DNA of 64,000 nucleotides, taken from positions 1,219,897-1,283,896 of the forward strand of contig JAKMXF010000332.1 of the NCBI GenBank assembly GCA_024704765.1. The letters run 5' to 3'. The notes below the pieces were generated by a model, which did no database searches, was not told the DNA's origin, and saw nothing but the letters and a program-made list of their open reading frames with translations. A program made the position numbers and the translations under genes. The DNA is from Oopsacas minuta (lineage: Eukaryota; Animalia; Porifera). This document shows positions 12,290-23,277 of this stretch, piece after piece (positions within the stretch are counted from its first letter, which is position 1; the number at the start of each line of letters is the position of its first letter).

Positions 12290-14540
12290 AAAATCACCGA
12301 TAATATGAAACTGGTACATTTTCACCCGAATAATTGTATTATTCATATGCAAGAATTCACAAAAGCCACATTTGTAAAATTTTGAGATCAAAGTGACGTC
12401 ATTTATTAGCGTAATTGGCAAAATATATATTAAAAACTGCTCCATCTTAGAAATCATGTGTAACGTTAATCAATGATCAATGTTCAAAATGTTTGGAATT
12501 CCAAATTATCTCAAAACGTCTCTGTACATATAAGAATTTTTTCATGAAAACTCTCACGTTTCTGGGTTATCGCACAAACTATGAATGTTACATGTTTTGC
12601 CAATATCCAGCTATAACTCGATTATTGTGGAAATTATAGTCAAATCAGGACAGCAATTTTTGTAGAATAAACCAAACTTCCCATAACCTTGTGATACATT
12701 TGATATGACATCTCACAAGATTATTGCGTAATCTCAAAATGACCATATATGGGCATATTCATGACTGCGTCATATTGGCAAGAGATCGTTTCAAAATGTA
12801 TCACAAGGTAAGTTGGGTCTAAACTATAAAATGGCTATCCTGTTTGACCATAATTTTCACGATAATCGAGTTATAAGTAGATACGAGGGTCGTCCAAAAA
12901 GTTTTTAGAATGAATGCTGTAACTTCATTTCTTGCACACCAATACATCTTATATCTATAGTACACTATATTTATAACTACTCTAGTTAAAATATCTAAGC
13001 TTTTTATCTTTTATTACTTTTTTGACAGCTACTTATATAGTCAGCACTTGGCTCTTATTTTAAATTCGTACTTAATTATTCCTCATGGATTTACATTTGG
13101 AAAGGAGGGACTTTCGCGTAATGATTTTTTATGACTTTATGAGAAAACTCAGTCCTAAAGAATCACATATTCAACTTCAGGACACATTTGGAGAAAAATC
13201 ACCATCTTTGGCTACAGTGTACAACTGGTACGGTGAATTTAACCGTGGACGAAAGACTCTAAGTGATGAGATGCGATCAGGACGTCCTGCAGATGCGGTT
13301 AACCCAGAAAATATCCAGAAAGTTAAGAAAATAATCAAAAATGAGCGTCGAATCATAATTGACGAAATAATGAGTTATTTAGACATCAGCAGAGGAAGCC
13401 TCCATGCCATACTTCATGAACACTCTTGGTGAGGAAAGTGGCTGCACGTTGGATTCCACATAAACTTTCTGAAGAACAAATGACAACTCGAGTGGATTGG
13501 TGCAAATTTATGATCAGAAAATTCGATCATGGTCGTTCAAAGCTATTGAATACATTAATTACGGGAGATGAGACTTGGATTTACCAATATGACCCAGAGA
13601 CGAAGCAACAATCTTCAGTTTGGCTTTTTCCAGATGATGATCCCCCTCAAAAATTGAGACGTGCACGAAGTGGCAACAAGCAAATGGTCGCCAGTTTCAT
13701 CTCTAATAAGGGACATGTTGCTACTATTCCCCTTATAGAGCAAAAGACTGTAACTGCGAATTGGTATGTCAACATTTGCATGCCTCAGGTGATAGAAAAG
13801 TGGAGCATTTTACATCCTAAAGCCTACCTCACCTCACTTCAATGGCACCATGACAATGCAAGTGCACACAAGGCAGCTTTAACAATGGATTTCTTTGCAG
13901 AAAATGGTATAAAATTGATACCCCATCCAGCATATTCCCCAGATTTGGCGCCATGCGACTTCTTTCTTTTCCCTAAACTAAAAAAGAAGATCAAAGGGGT
14001 TCATTTCGATAGTGCAGAAGAGGCAAGACTGGCTTATAATGGGGCCCTCCAAGACCTAACCAAAGAAGACTGGGAAAATTGTTTTGAAAGTTGGTTTAGA
14101 AGGATGGATTTATACATACAGTCATCTGGTATTTACTTCGAGAAACTATAAAAAAATAATCCATTTCCTACTATTCTTTCACATAGATTCTAAAAACTTT
14201 TTGGACTACCCTCGTATTGGCAAAAACATGTGACATCCATAGTTTGTGCGATAACCCAGAAACGTGAGATTTTATCATTAAAAAATTCTTATATATACAG
14301 AGACGTTTTGAGAGAATTTGGTATTCCAACATTTTGAGCATAGATAAATAATTAACGACACACATGCTTCAGGGAGCAGTTGTAATATATATGTGCCAAT
14401 TCCGCTAACAAATGACGCAACATCGATCTAAAAATTTCCACAAATGTGGCTTTTGTGAATTCTTACAGATTTATAATACGAGTATTCAAGTGAAAATGCA
14501 CCAGTTTCATATCATCGGTGATTATAGATTTTCTCATCAA
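12290..14540. repeat. Large palindromic repeat split by the mariner insertion
   Basis: 12290-12604 is inverted at 14215-14530; inner arms 12610-12883 fold around gaccatatatgggc (~12745). Confidence 0.8.
12884..14214 (+). mobile_element. Full-length mariner (DD34D) element, transposase with one frameshift
   Basis: 28-bp TIRs with one mismatch (cgagggtcgtccaaaaagtttttagaat), TA TSD; ORFs 13085-13432 and 13426-14151 with WIPH, TGDETW, HHDNA, YSPDLAPCD; 34 residues between second and third D. Confidence 0.95.
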
Positions 14541-17500
14541 AATATATGCATGGTCTAGTGAAAATTGACTCGGTGATCATCTTGAAGTGGGCTACGGATT
14601 ACTCTATCATAAGTTAGGCTTTAACCCAGTTCAATTATGATGCAAAAATTACTCAATAGTTAATCAAATTCCAATTAGTCAATCATGTGGCTATGCCTTG
14701 TTAATTGAAAATTACGCAATACGCAATAAACCAATACGTGAGAAACCAATGTAACCACCACTATATTGTGGATGATATATACATTCTCAACAAATACATT
14801 TTTTGTAATTTAATAGCCAATTCAAAGTAAAAAACATGTTTACTTCAATCGTGTATTTGAACGACTTTCCGTATTGCTAGAGAAATAACTTGTTATTATT
14901 CGAAAGTATAGCGTTAGTGGATTACGAAAATGTCATCAGAAGTGTAAAATATGTGTGATGACTTAGCATTGAGGATTTGAAAATTCTTCCATTTATTTTA
15001 ACTATAATGTGTAATTGACCGGCTTCTCATTAATATTTTGATATAAGTTTTCTTCTACATAGTATTGATGATTGGTAGATTATGTGTTGAAAATTTCTTT
15101 TTAAATTATTCATTACTTTTTGAAATACTTTATTTGGAAAAATTCAATGACGAAGTTAGACAAGGGTCACTTCAGTCACAAATTTGACTCACTTATACTC
15201 ATCAGATTTAAACGATATTAGTATCATTGGTAAGAAGAGAGTGGCGCGTTTTAAGCAATATTTTTTATTTTAAGAACATTTACTTTTAGTTACTTTTTTG
15301 GTTAAAATTTTTAGTGGATCACGACTCCCTTGAATATACCCGCCTAAGAGTCAGAATTCGTTTCTGAAAATTAAACTTCATTAAAAAATATTAACAACTC
15401 GCGGAGCTAGAGGAATTCAAATTTTAAGTCGGGAGTGAAAGTGATAGGGGATTAATCATATTCTACATAAGTAGGGTCAGTTCAAACTCATGTTTCTTAC
15501 CCTAAATCCGAATGAATTTCAATTATTTTATGTTAATCGATAGTTGAGATAGAGACGTTAATAACAATATCGATATTTTTCGTGAAACACTCAAAATTAT
15601 CACTAGCAACGGCCTGCGAAACTCGATAAATTCTCAGGATTTTGTGTATTACGAATTCTAACTTTGAGATCAATTCTTGAAGTTATTTCTCATCACACCC
15701 CCTTCAAAATTTATAGATATCTTCTTTCGTATCTTTAATTCAATTTCCTTAAAATAAACAGGTGGTCGCTAGTACTCTTTTTAACATTTAATGGTAATAT
15801 ATTTTGAAGGTTTCATTTTCATTTTGAGTCAATGCTAAAATTAATTCTTGTGTACACAAGTAAACACGTACCGAACTAGTAACATATGCATCATCTTATG
15901 GTATTTTTCTTCGGAACTAACATCTAATTTTATCCAGCACCTAAATACTTATTGTCGTAAGTTGATAAATATTTAAGATGTAAGAAAGACTAGCTGAGTG
16001 ATGAATATCAGTTTCATCATTTTGATAGTCTATATTTACACTTGAATTCAAGTTATGAGACGATATGTTTCCTATTATGGGCATCATTTGCCTCTGATTT
16101 AACCGTGTATAAAATTTAAAGTAGTCAATTTAATTAATTGTATTGATAAAGAAAATTTTGAAGAAAAATTACTTTATTTCTTCAATACATCTGAAGCTCA
16201 GTTGTGGGTAGATGGCGCAAAATCTATGGGATATCTAATTCTAGAAATATATCTGGATTTTTTTGCATTTTACTGATGCATGTCTTATTGATCAGTGTTT
16301 TCACTTCATTAATTTCATCACAGGTGCTTATAGCAATAGCTTTGTTGTGTAGTCACTGTTAGTTTTGTGGTAAGTTCTAACACAACCTTGGTCATAGTTT
16401 AGTTTGTCAAATATTTAATAAAAATTTGTCTATTTAAGTGGAGAAATTTGAACATTTTCATTAGTTGGGTATTGGAACAAAGAAAGGAATTCGATACTAA
16501 TGGTATTACCAGCTTACAATATGTTTACTCTGAATACCTTGTTCGTGTTGAATGTTAGTTAATGAACCAATTCTCCTTCCCCACGGTCACAATCCTAAGT
16601 GTAATGTAGAAAGTGAACAAGTTGTGAATACGTTGTTAGAGGTCAGCTCTGGAGTTGACTTTCAGATTGAAAGCTGTGAATTTGGAGAATTTTATCTCGA
16701 AATCACGTAATGAGATAGTTGTGCATCACTGATTCGAATCATAGAATGTCATCAATCAGTGATTGGACGAATTTATTTTCTTCTAAGTTGCATGATGTAA
16801 AAAATTATGTGTGGTTGAAGTTTGCCAATCCAGATAATTTTCGATTTTCAGTTGTTTTTAGATAATTCATTACTTAGAAATTATGATTTGCTTAAGAGGG
16901 CCTCAAAACTGATTAGGCGGTGGCCCACACACAGTAGTTACTGTACTGGTTAGAGCAGAGTGTAATTCCTTAATTGTAGAGCACATGGATTTTATATTGA
17001 GGACAAGAATTTTTGAATAATCGTATAGTGGTAAATTTGTATTCTCAAGGATCTTTTTCAACTCATCATACAGATGCTACGGGTGCTTATAGTAGTAATT
17101 TATCTTGTAGCGAGCGCAGAAATATGGGAAGATTGTTAGATAATTATTCTGTGAGCAAAATATATATAATTCAATTAAATGAATTATTATGAATATTTTA
17201 TGTTTTGAAAACGGTCCAATGATTATGAGATATTTCCTGTTTATGGACTGGTTTCTGGTTCCCCTATGGAAATTACAAGTAGTATGTGTAATATATGTAT
17301 GTATATTCAGGAGTTTAGACAATAGTAAGAATTATACTGGGCAATATATGTTTATGGTTGTGTAATATTTTCAGACACGAAGAGGAAGTTTTCATACAGT
17401 ATAATTGGAATCATTCATTACAGAAATTAAACTGATATTAGTAATTGCTTTAGTGATAAAATGGTAAAATAGCTCTGAATACTAACTCTAATTTATCTCT

Positions 17501-17588
17501 TTGAACCATCTTGAGAAAGAAATTCTATAATATGAGGGTGGTATACTATAATATTAAACACCTATGATATTACACAACAAGTAATATA

Positions 17589-18925
17589 CAGGGCGTATCA
17601 AAAGTGATGTCGTATAACCAACAATTATCCGAAGATCATAATATTTACGACCCATTCTTTACTCTTATCATTTTGTTATTATTCCGATATTTGAATTTCT
17701 TTTGTATATTTATCTGCACAAATTATTATATATTCTCACTTTTTGATAGATTTTGCTAAATTTTACATTTTTGTTCACTTTTCGCATAATGGATGTCAAC
17801 GACCATAGTATTGAACTTCGAAATAAGCCATTGGGATGCTAAAGGCTGGTTTGACTCTTAAAAAAGTGTCAGAAGCTCTAGAAATTTCAATTAGATCAGT
17901 CCAAAGATGGTTCCGTCGGGAAAAACTTGGACAATCCTTGGGTACTTTACCAAGGAGCGAACGCTCAAAGAATCTTTCTCGCGTTCCTATAATTATTACA
18001 ACCAAGACTTTGGGGAAGAGAGGAAATCTACACCATCTATAGCACGTACATTGGATAATTCTGGTTTTTCCGCTTCACATTCAACAGTCCATCGCTATTT
18101 GAGGCAATCCATCAATGTTTATCCTTACAAAAGGCAGCGAATCCCTCGTCTGACCAATAAAATGATGCAAGATTGAGTCGACTTCGCCCTAAAACATAAG
18201 AATTTGACTGTAACAGATTGGGAGAATGATTTATGGTCCGATGAATCACCCTTTCAACTATTTGCACCACCAAACAGGCAGAACGACCGAGTGTGGGTAC
18301 ATAGTTCGGCCGATGTTCAGCCATTCAAATGTGTTAAATTCCCGGTGATAATCCAAGTTTGTGAGATGATGTCTTATCAGGCACTCTCAGAACTCCATAT
18401 AATCCCTCAGAAACAGAATGTTAACGGAGAATATTATCGAGAAAAAAGATTGAAAGGAACTTGCATGGATACAATAAGAAGAAAAGCAAATTCTGGCACC
18501 ATTTTGGAACGGTCTATGACTCAAAAGATGTCCCAGTCGATTTCTAGGCAAGATGGCGCTCCAGCCCACACAGCCAAGCTCACTCGGACTTGGTGTTCAG
18601 AACAACTGCCAAACTACTGGGCGAAGGATGACGGCCAGGCAACTCCCCGGATTTGAATCCAATCGAAAAATTATGGTTTATCCTTGCAGACAAGCTCAGT
18701 AAACTCCCCGAAGTTAGCACTATAAATTCCCTCATAATTCATTTGAAAAGGTGCGGTCAGGGATTGACCCTGTGATTCTTCAAAATTTGACAAATGGTAT
18801 GCTTAATCGCATTAGCGAAGTTATAAATCGGTCAAGAGATTATATTGGTATAGAGTATAATATTATATTGTGTATTGAATATGTTATAGTCAACTATATA
18901 ATACGACAGCACTTTTGATACATCT
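17589..18925 (+). mobile_element. Tc1-like element (DD37E-type) nested in the Foldback element
   Basis: TA|cagggcgtatcaaaagtgatgtcgtat left TIR and a degenerate right TIR atacgacagcacttttgatac; HTH ORF 17836; WSDES, QDGAPAH, WPGNSPDLNPIE split by frameshifts. Confidence 0.88.
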
Positions 18926-19741
18926 ACAGTTCTTGCGTGTAGGTTAACTACAAAGAAGTCCCTCAATTCAAATATTCGTTGAAACAAGTTGCAATGGGAA
19001 CTATAACAATTAACAAGTATGACGATATGACTTCCTATACGTACAAATGATCTAGCAAGTGTTGTATAGTCTTACGAGTATAGTATATGCAATAATTACC
19101 ATCTTAAAACGAAATAATTATAGTGAAGCAAATGAGGAAAATTGAGAAAAAATGAAATTAAAATTAATATAAAAATCAGAGAAAAAGTACTAGCGGCCAC
19201 CTGTTTATTTTAAGGAAATTGAATTAAAGATACGAAAGAAGATATCTATAAATTTTGAAGGGGGTGTGATGAGAAATAACTTCAAGAATTGATCTCAAAG
19301 TTAGAATTCGTAATACACAAAATCCTGAGAATTTATCGAATTTCGCAGGCCGTTGCTAGTGATAATTTTGAGTGTTTCACGAAAAATATCGATATTGTTA
19401 TTAACGTCTCTATCTCAACTATCGATTAACATAAAATAATTGAAATTCATTCGGATTTAGGGTAAGAAACATGAGTTTGAACTGACCCTACTTATGTAGA
19501 ATATGATTAATCCCCTATCACTTTCACTCCCGACTTAAAATTTGAATTCCTCTAGCTCCGCGAGTTGTTAATATTTTTTAATGAAATTTAATTTTCATAA
19601 ACGTCCATATCACTAAAGTATGCATATATAATTTCAGAAACGAATTCTGACTTTTAGGCTGGTATATTCAAGGGAGTCGTAAAGAAAATCCTGTAAAAGA
19701 AGATCTAACTCATACGAAGAAACTATATACAACGGGCGTTC

Positions 19742-20326
19742 CAGACATGGGGTCAAATACATATGTATTTATATTTGAGAGCATTGAAATACTTTTTTTC
19801 AAATATTGGTATTGTATTTGTATTTGTATTTAAATAGTTTCAAAAAGTAACTAAAATATTCAAATACTTTATAAATACAATCAAATATTTATTATACACC
19901 CATAATAAGTTTCAGTTAATCATATATGACCTAGATAAAATTAGGCAATAATATACGTAGTAGAATATTATGCAGCTTCATGGTATTTATTAGCTGATAT
20001 TATAGTATTGGGTTTTTTCATAGTTAGATTAAATAATATAAAAGTGAATTGCATATTCGCCATCATTGGTCTATTAATTAGAGACGGGTACGGGGAGATG
20101 AGAATTTTGTAAATATAATAAGCATGGTCCGGGCAAAACATATTAGAATTTGCATCGGTTTCGGCGAATTATTTTTGTATTTGTTATTGAAAACATTCCA
20201 AAGTATTTGTATTTGTATTTAAATACATTGTCATTAAAGAGTATTTGCATCTGTATTGTATTAGAGAGTTTCATTTGTATTAGTATTTGAATTAAATACT
20301 TTTCAAGGTATTTGACTCCATGTCTG
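19742..20326. mobile_element. hAT-like MITE rich in TATTTG repeats, inside the right Foldback arm
   Basis: TIR cagacatggggtcaaatac / gtatttgactccatgtctg; the whole insert 19681-20326 is flanked by a GTCGT direct repeat. Confidence 0.75.
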
Positions 20327-21144
20327 GTCGTGACACTAAAAATTTCAACAAAAAAAGTAATTAAAAGAAAAAAGTCTGAAAATCAAAACATAATGCTTAA
20401 AACGCTCAACTCTACTCTTTCCAATGACACTAGTTTCGTTTAAATCTAATGAGTATGAGTGAGTCAAATTAGTGACTGAAGTGACCCTAGTCTAACTTCT
20501 TCGTGAATTTTTCAAAATAAAATATTTCAAAAGTAATGAAAATTTGAAAAAAATTTTAAACACATAATCCACCGACCCTTAATAGTATGTAGAAGAAAAC
20601 ATAATAATGATGAGAAGTCGGTCAAATAGCACATCATAGTTGACGCGAATAGAAAATTATCGAAACCTCAACGTTTCGAATAATAACAAGTTTTTTCTCT
20701 AGCAATACGAAGTCCGCAAAATAAACGATTGAAGTGAACATGGTTTTAGTGTGAATTGGCCTCGAACTTCTTCTTCGTAACTATGTTTAGTATTGTTTAT
20801 CAATTGACTGATTAACTTTAACTACTATTTTTAGCATTAAGTAAAATACATAGAAAACTAAATCTTTTAATTAATTATTCCCCGAACATTAAATAAAATG
20901 TTACTGGAATACACAGGTAAGCATGTTAATATATTTCAACGAGTAATCGGTCAAAGTGACGAAAATGAGCCAAAGGCAAAAATGAAATACAGATAAATAT
21001 TGACCACTTTCGCAAATTTCTACGTAACTTTATAAAGTAGAATGAATGATTGATTAATTAATGTGATCTATAGAACATCTACTTTGACTCGTTTTAATGC
21101 TTTATAAGCACTGGACATACTCTCTACCAATAATATGTATAATA

Positions 21145-21303
21145 GGGGCTGTTCAAACGTTACGTAACGCTACAAGGGGAGGGAGTGGTACGTGAAGTGT
21201 GACAGCCCCATTCTTTTGGTATTATAAACCGTCCAAAAGCGTAACACAGGGAGGGGGTGTCAATATTTGTGAAATTTGCGTTATGTAACGTTTAAACGGC
21301 CCC
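21145..21303. mobile_element. PIF/Harbinger-like MITE
   Basis: TIR ggggctgttcaaacgttacgtaacgc / gcgttatgtaacgtttaaacggcccc; 3-bp TSD ATA. Confidence 0.75.
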
Positions 21304-21679
21304 ATAATTGAATAAAATACATATGTACCCGAAGGGTGCCACCCGCGGAAATGAAGTGTTCGCGAGCCACACAGCGCAAGAATGCGAAGCTCGCTTGTTC
21401 TGTATAATAATTTATATAGATCATTTCATACATAAACTCGGAAATGAAAGAAACAATATTTGCGTTATCCTGGCCATTTCAAGCTATCATACAATGGCAT
21501 ATTTTACCAAAATAAATGATATCTAGACATACAAATAATTCGTCACATCCTGAAATTTTTAGTATATAATGGTTGATAATATGTTGTTCTACGCATCCGT
21601 AATACATTTATTCTGGCAAATATGCGATCCTGCAATACAGAAACCTCATATAAATAAATCGGCCGATAACGACATCCCT

Positions 21680-22835
21680 TTGGCTATATCCCTTACCAAA
21701 ATATTAGTGGAATGTGAGTTATGTGGGTTTCACACCTTTCCACATTATGGGAAAATTTGTCATTATACACTGGGAATTCATAGGTAACAAGCAATTCAGT
21801 CAAATTTCTTTACCTCATAGCCTACTATACATAAGACCTCACAATAACTTGTGAATTTTGGACTAGGGCAGAGGTATTTATATGGGTTTCTTTTTACAGA
21901 AACGATGCATTTTTCCCCGAATAAATGTATTGACAATTAGTAGAACACCAAATTATCAAACAGTATATGCTAAAAATTGTGAGGAATGTGCCAAAATATT
22001 CGTCAAGTGAGGGTTTGTTTGGTAAAATATGACATTGTTTAATAGCTTCTAAGGGCTTGTAATACGTTAAATATTGCATCTTCATTTCAAAGTTAATGCG
22101 TGAATGAGCTCAGTGAATTTTTATGCTAATATGCAAGATTTGTCTTGATAAAGTTAGTTCCTTATTGAGTTACAACAGTAGGGACAATGGATGACTCATT
22201 TTCACGAATAAGAAATTATAACTGAATAATCGTGGCAGTTCTTGTCAAATCAATATGAACTATTTATAATATATTTCCAACTTCCCATTCCTTTGTAATA
22301 CATTTTGATATGATAACTCTTACCACTGCGAAGTAATCGTGAATATACCCTTATATGGCATTTACCGTTAATTTTGGAATCGAAGTCGCACTAGTGTTGG
22401 ATTAACACAGCTTGAAAAATGACACATGTTTGACAACATACTTCCCCATTTGCAAACCAGATGACGTCATTTCGGCCTGACAAAAGTTTGATGATATAGC
22501 TATTTTTAATTATTAACTATCAATAATATAATTATTCGTGCCAAAAGTATCAATATATATAATCGAGAATATTAAAATTACCTATCAAATGTAATAAATT
22601 TGAAATAATCCATGGTTAAATCCCTGAAACCTATAGTATCGAGGGCTGTGTATAGTAGGCTATGAGGTAAAGAATTCTGGCGAAAGGAGTCGCTACCTAT
22701 TAATTCCGATCGTATAATAACACATTTCTCATGTCTAGCTCAAATAGGAAGCGATATTTTGACATTATCAAAAACAATGTGGAAAGGTGTGAAAACCAAA
22801 AAACTCAGATTCGACAAATATTTTAGGTAAGGCAA
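21680..22835. repeat. Large palindromic repeat, same family as 7790-11830
   Basis: Inverted pairs tttcacacctttccacatt / aatgtggaaaggtgtgaaaa and ctttacctcatagcctactatac / gtatagtaggctatgaggtaaag; internal segment homologous to 8000-8190. Confidence 0.7.
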
Positions 22836-23277
22836 TATGACCAATCGACTCCCAACATATGACTTCCTATTCAAAAATAATATATTTAATAACAATACAC
22901 TATATAGTTCTAGAGATAACAATGGACCCAAGTTTGAAAACCCGAAATTGAGAGTCGTCAGTTCATAGTATCAAATAGTCATTGCTCGACTTGGAGCCTT
23001 ATAGCTACTTCAATAGTGGCACAACCACTTAGCAAAATCCTATCTCGAGAAGTAAAAGTCCGAAGAACTAAAAGTTGGAATATTTAATAATGCAAAAATG
23101 AAACTGAGAACGTACTCTTTCTGAAAAAAGGGGTTTCAGGACTCTAGGTAATAATGCTGATTCACTGTATTGGGATATTGGGGCCTTATATACACTTACG
23201 GTACGCGGGTTACGTAACGCTAGATAAAGCCCTGAATTCAGCTCATTTATCTAGAACAAACACCTAATTCTACAACA

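Larger units (their letters stand above)
14815..20761 (+). mobile_element. Foldback-type element with ~1-kb TIRs enclosing a NOF-like remnant
   Basis: Left arm 14815-15780 is inverted at 19182-20761 (right arm carries insertions); interior translates to SDWTNLFSSKL (16758) and NLSCSERRNMGRLLDNYSVSKIY (17097), matching the NOF-like copies at 30.3 and 35.4 kb. No TSD recognised. Confidence 0.7.

Noticed and set aside
22740-22931. Minus-strand ORF segment FSNLGPLLSLELYSVLL as the missing APC2 WHB exon
   Set aside because: Only a faint resemblance to LTNL-SL-L-RI; no upstream W-YI--ML motif, and part of the ORF overlaps a palindromic repeat arm.
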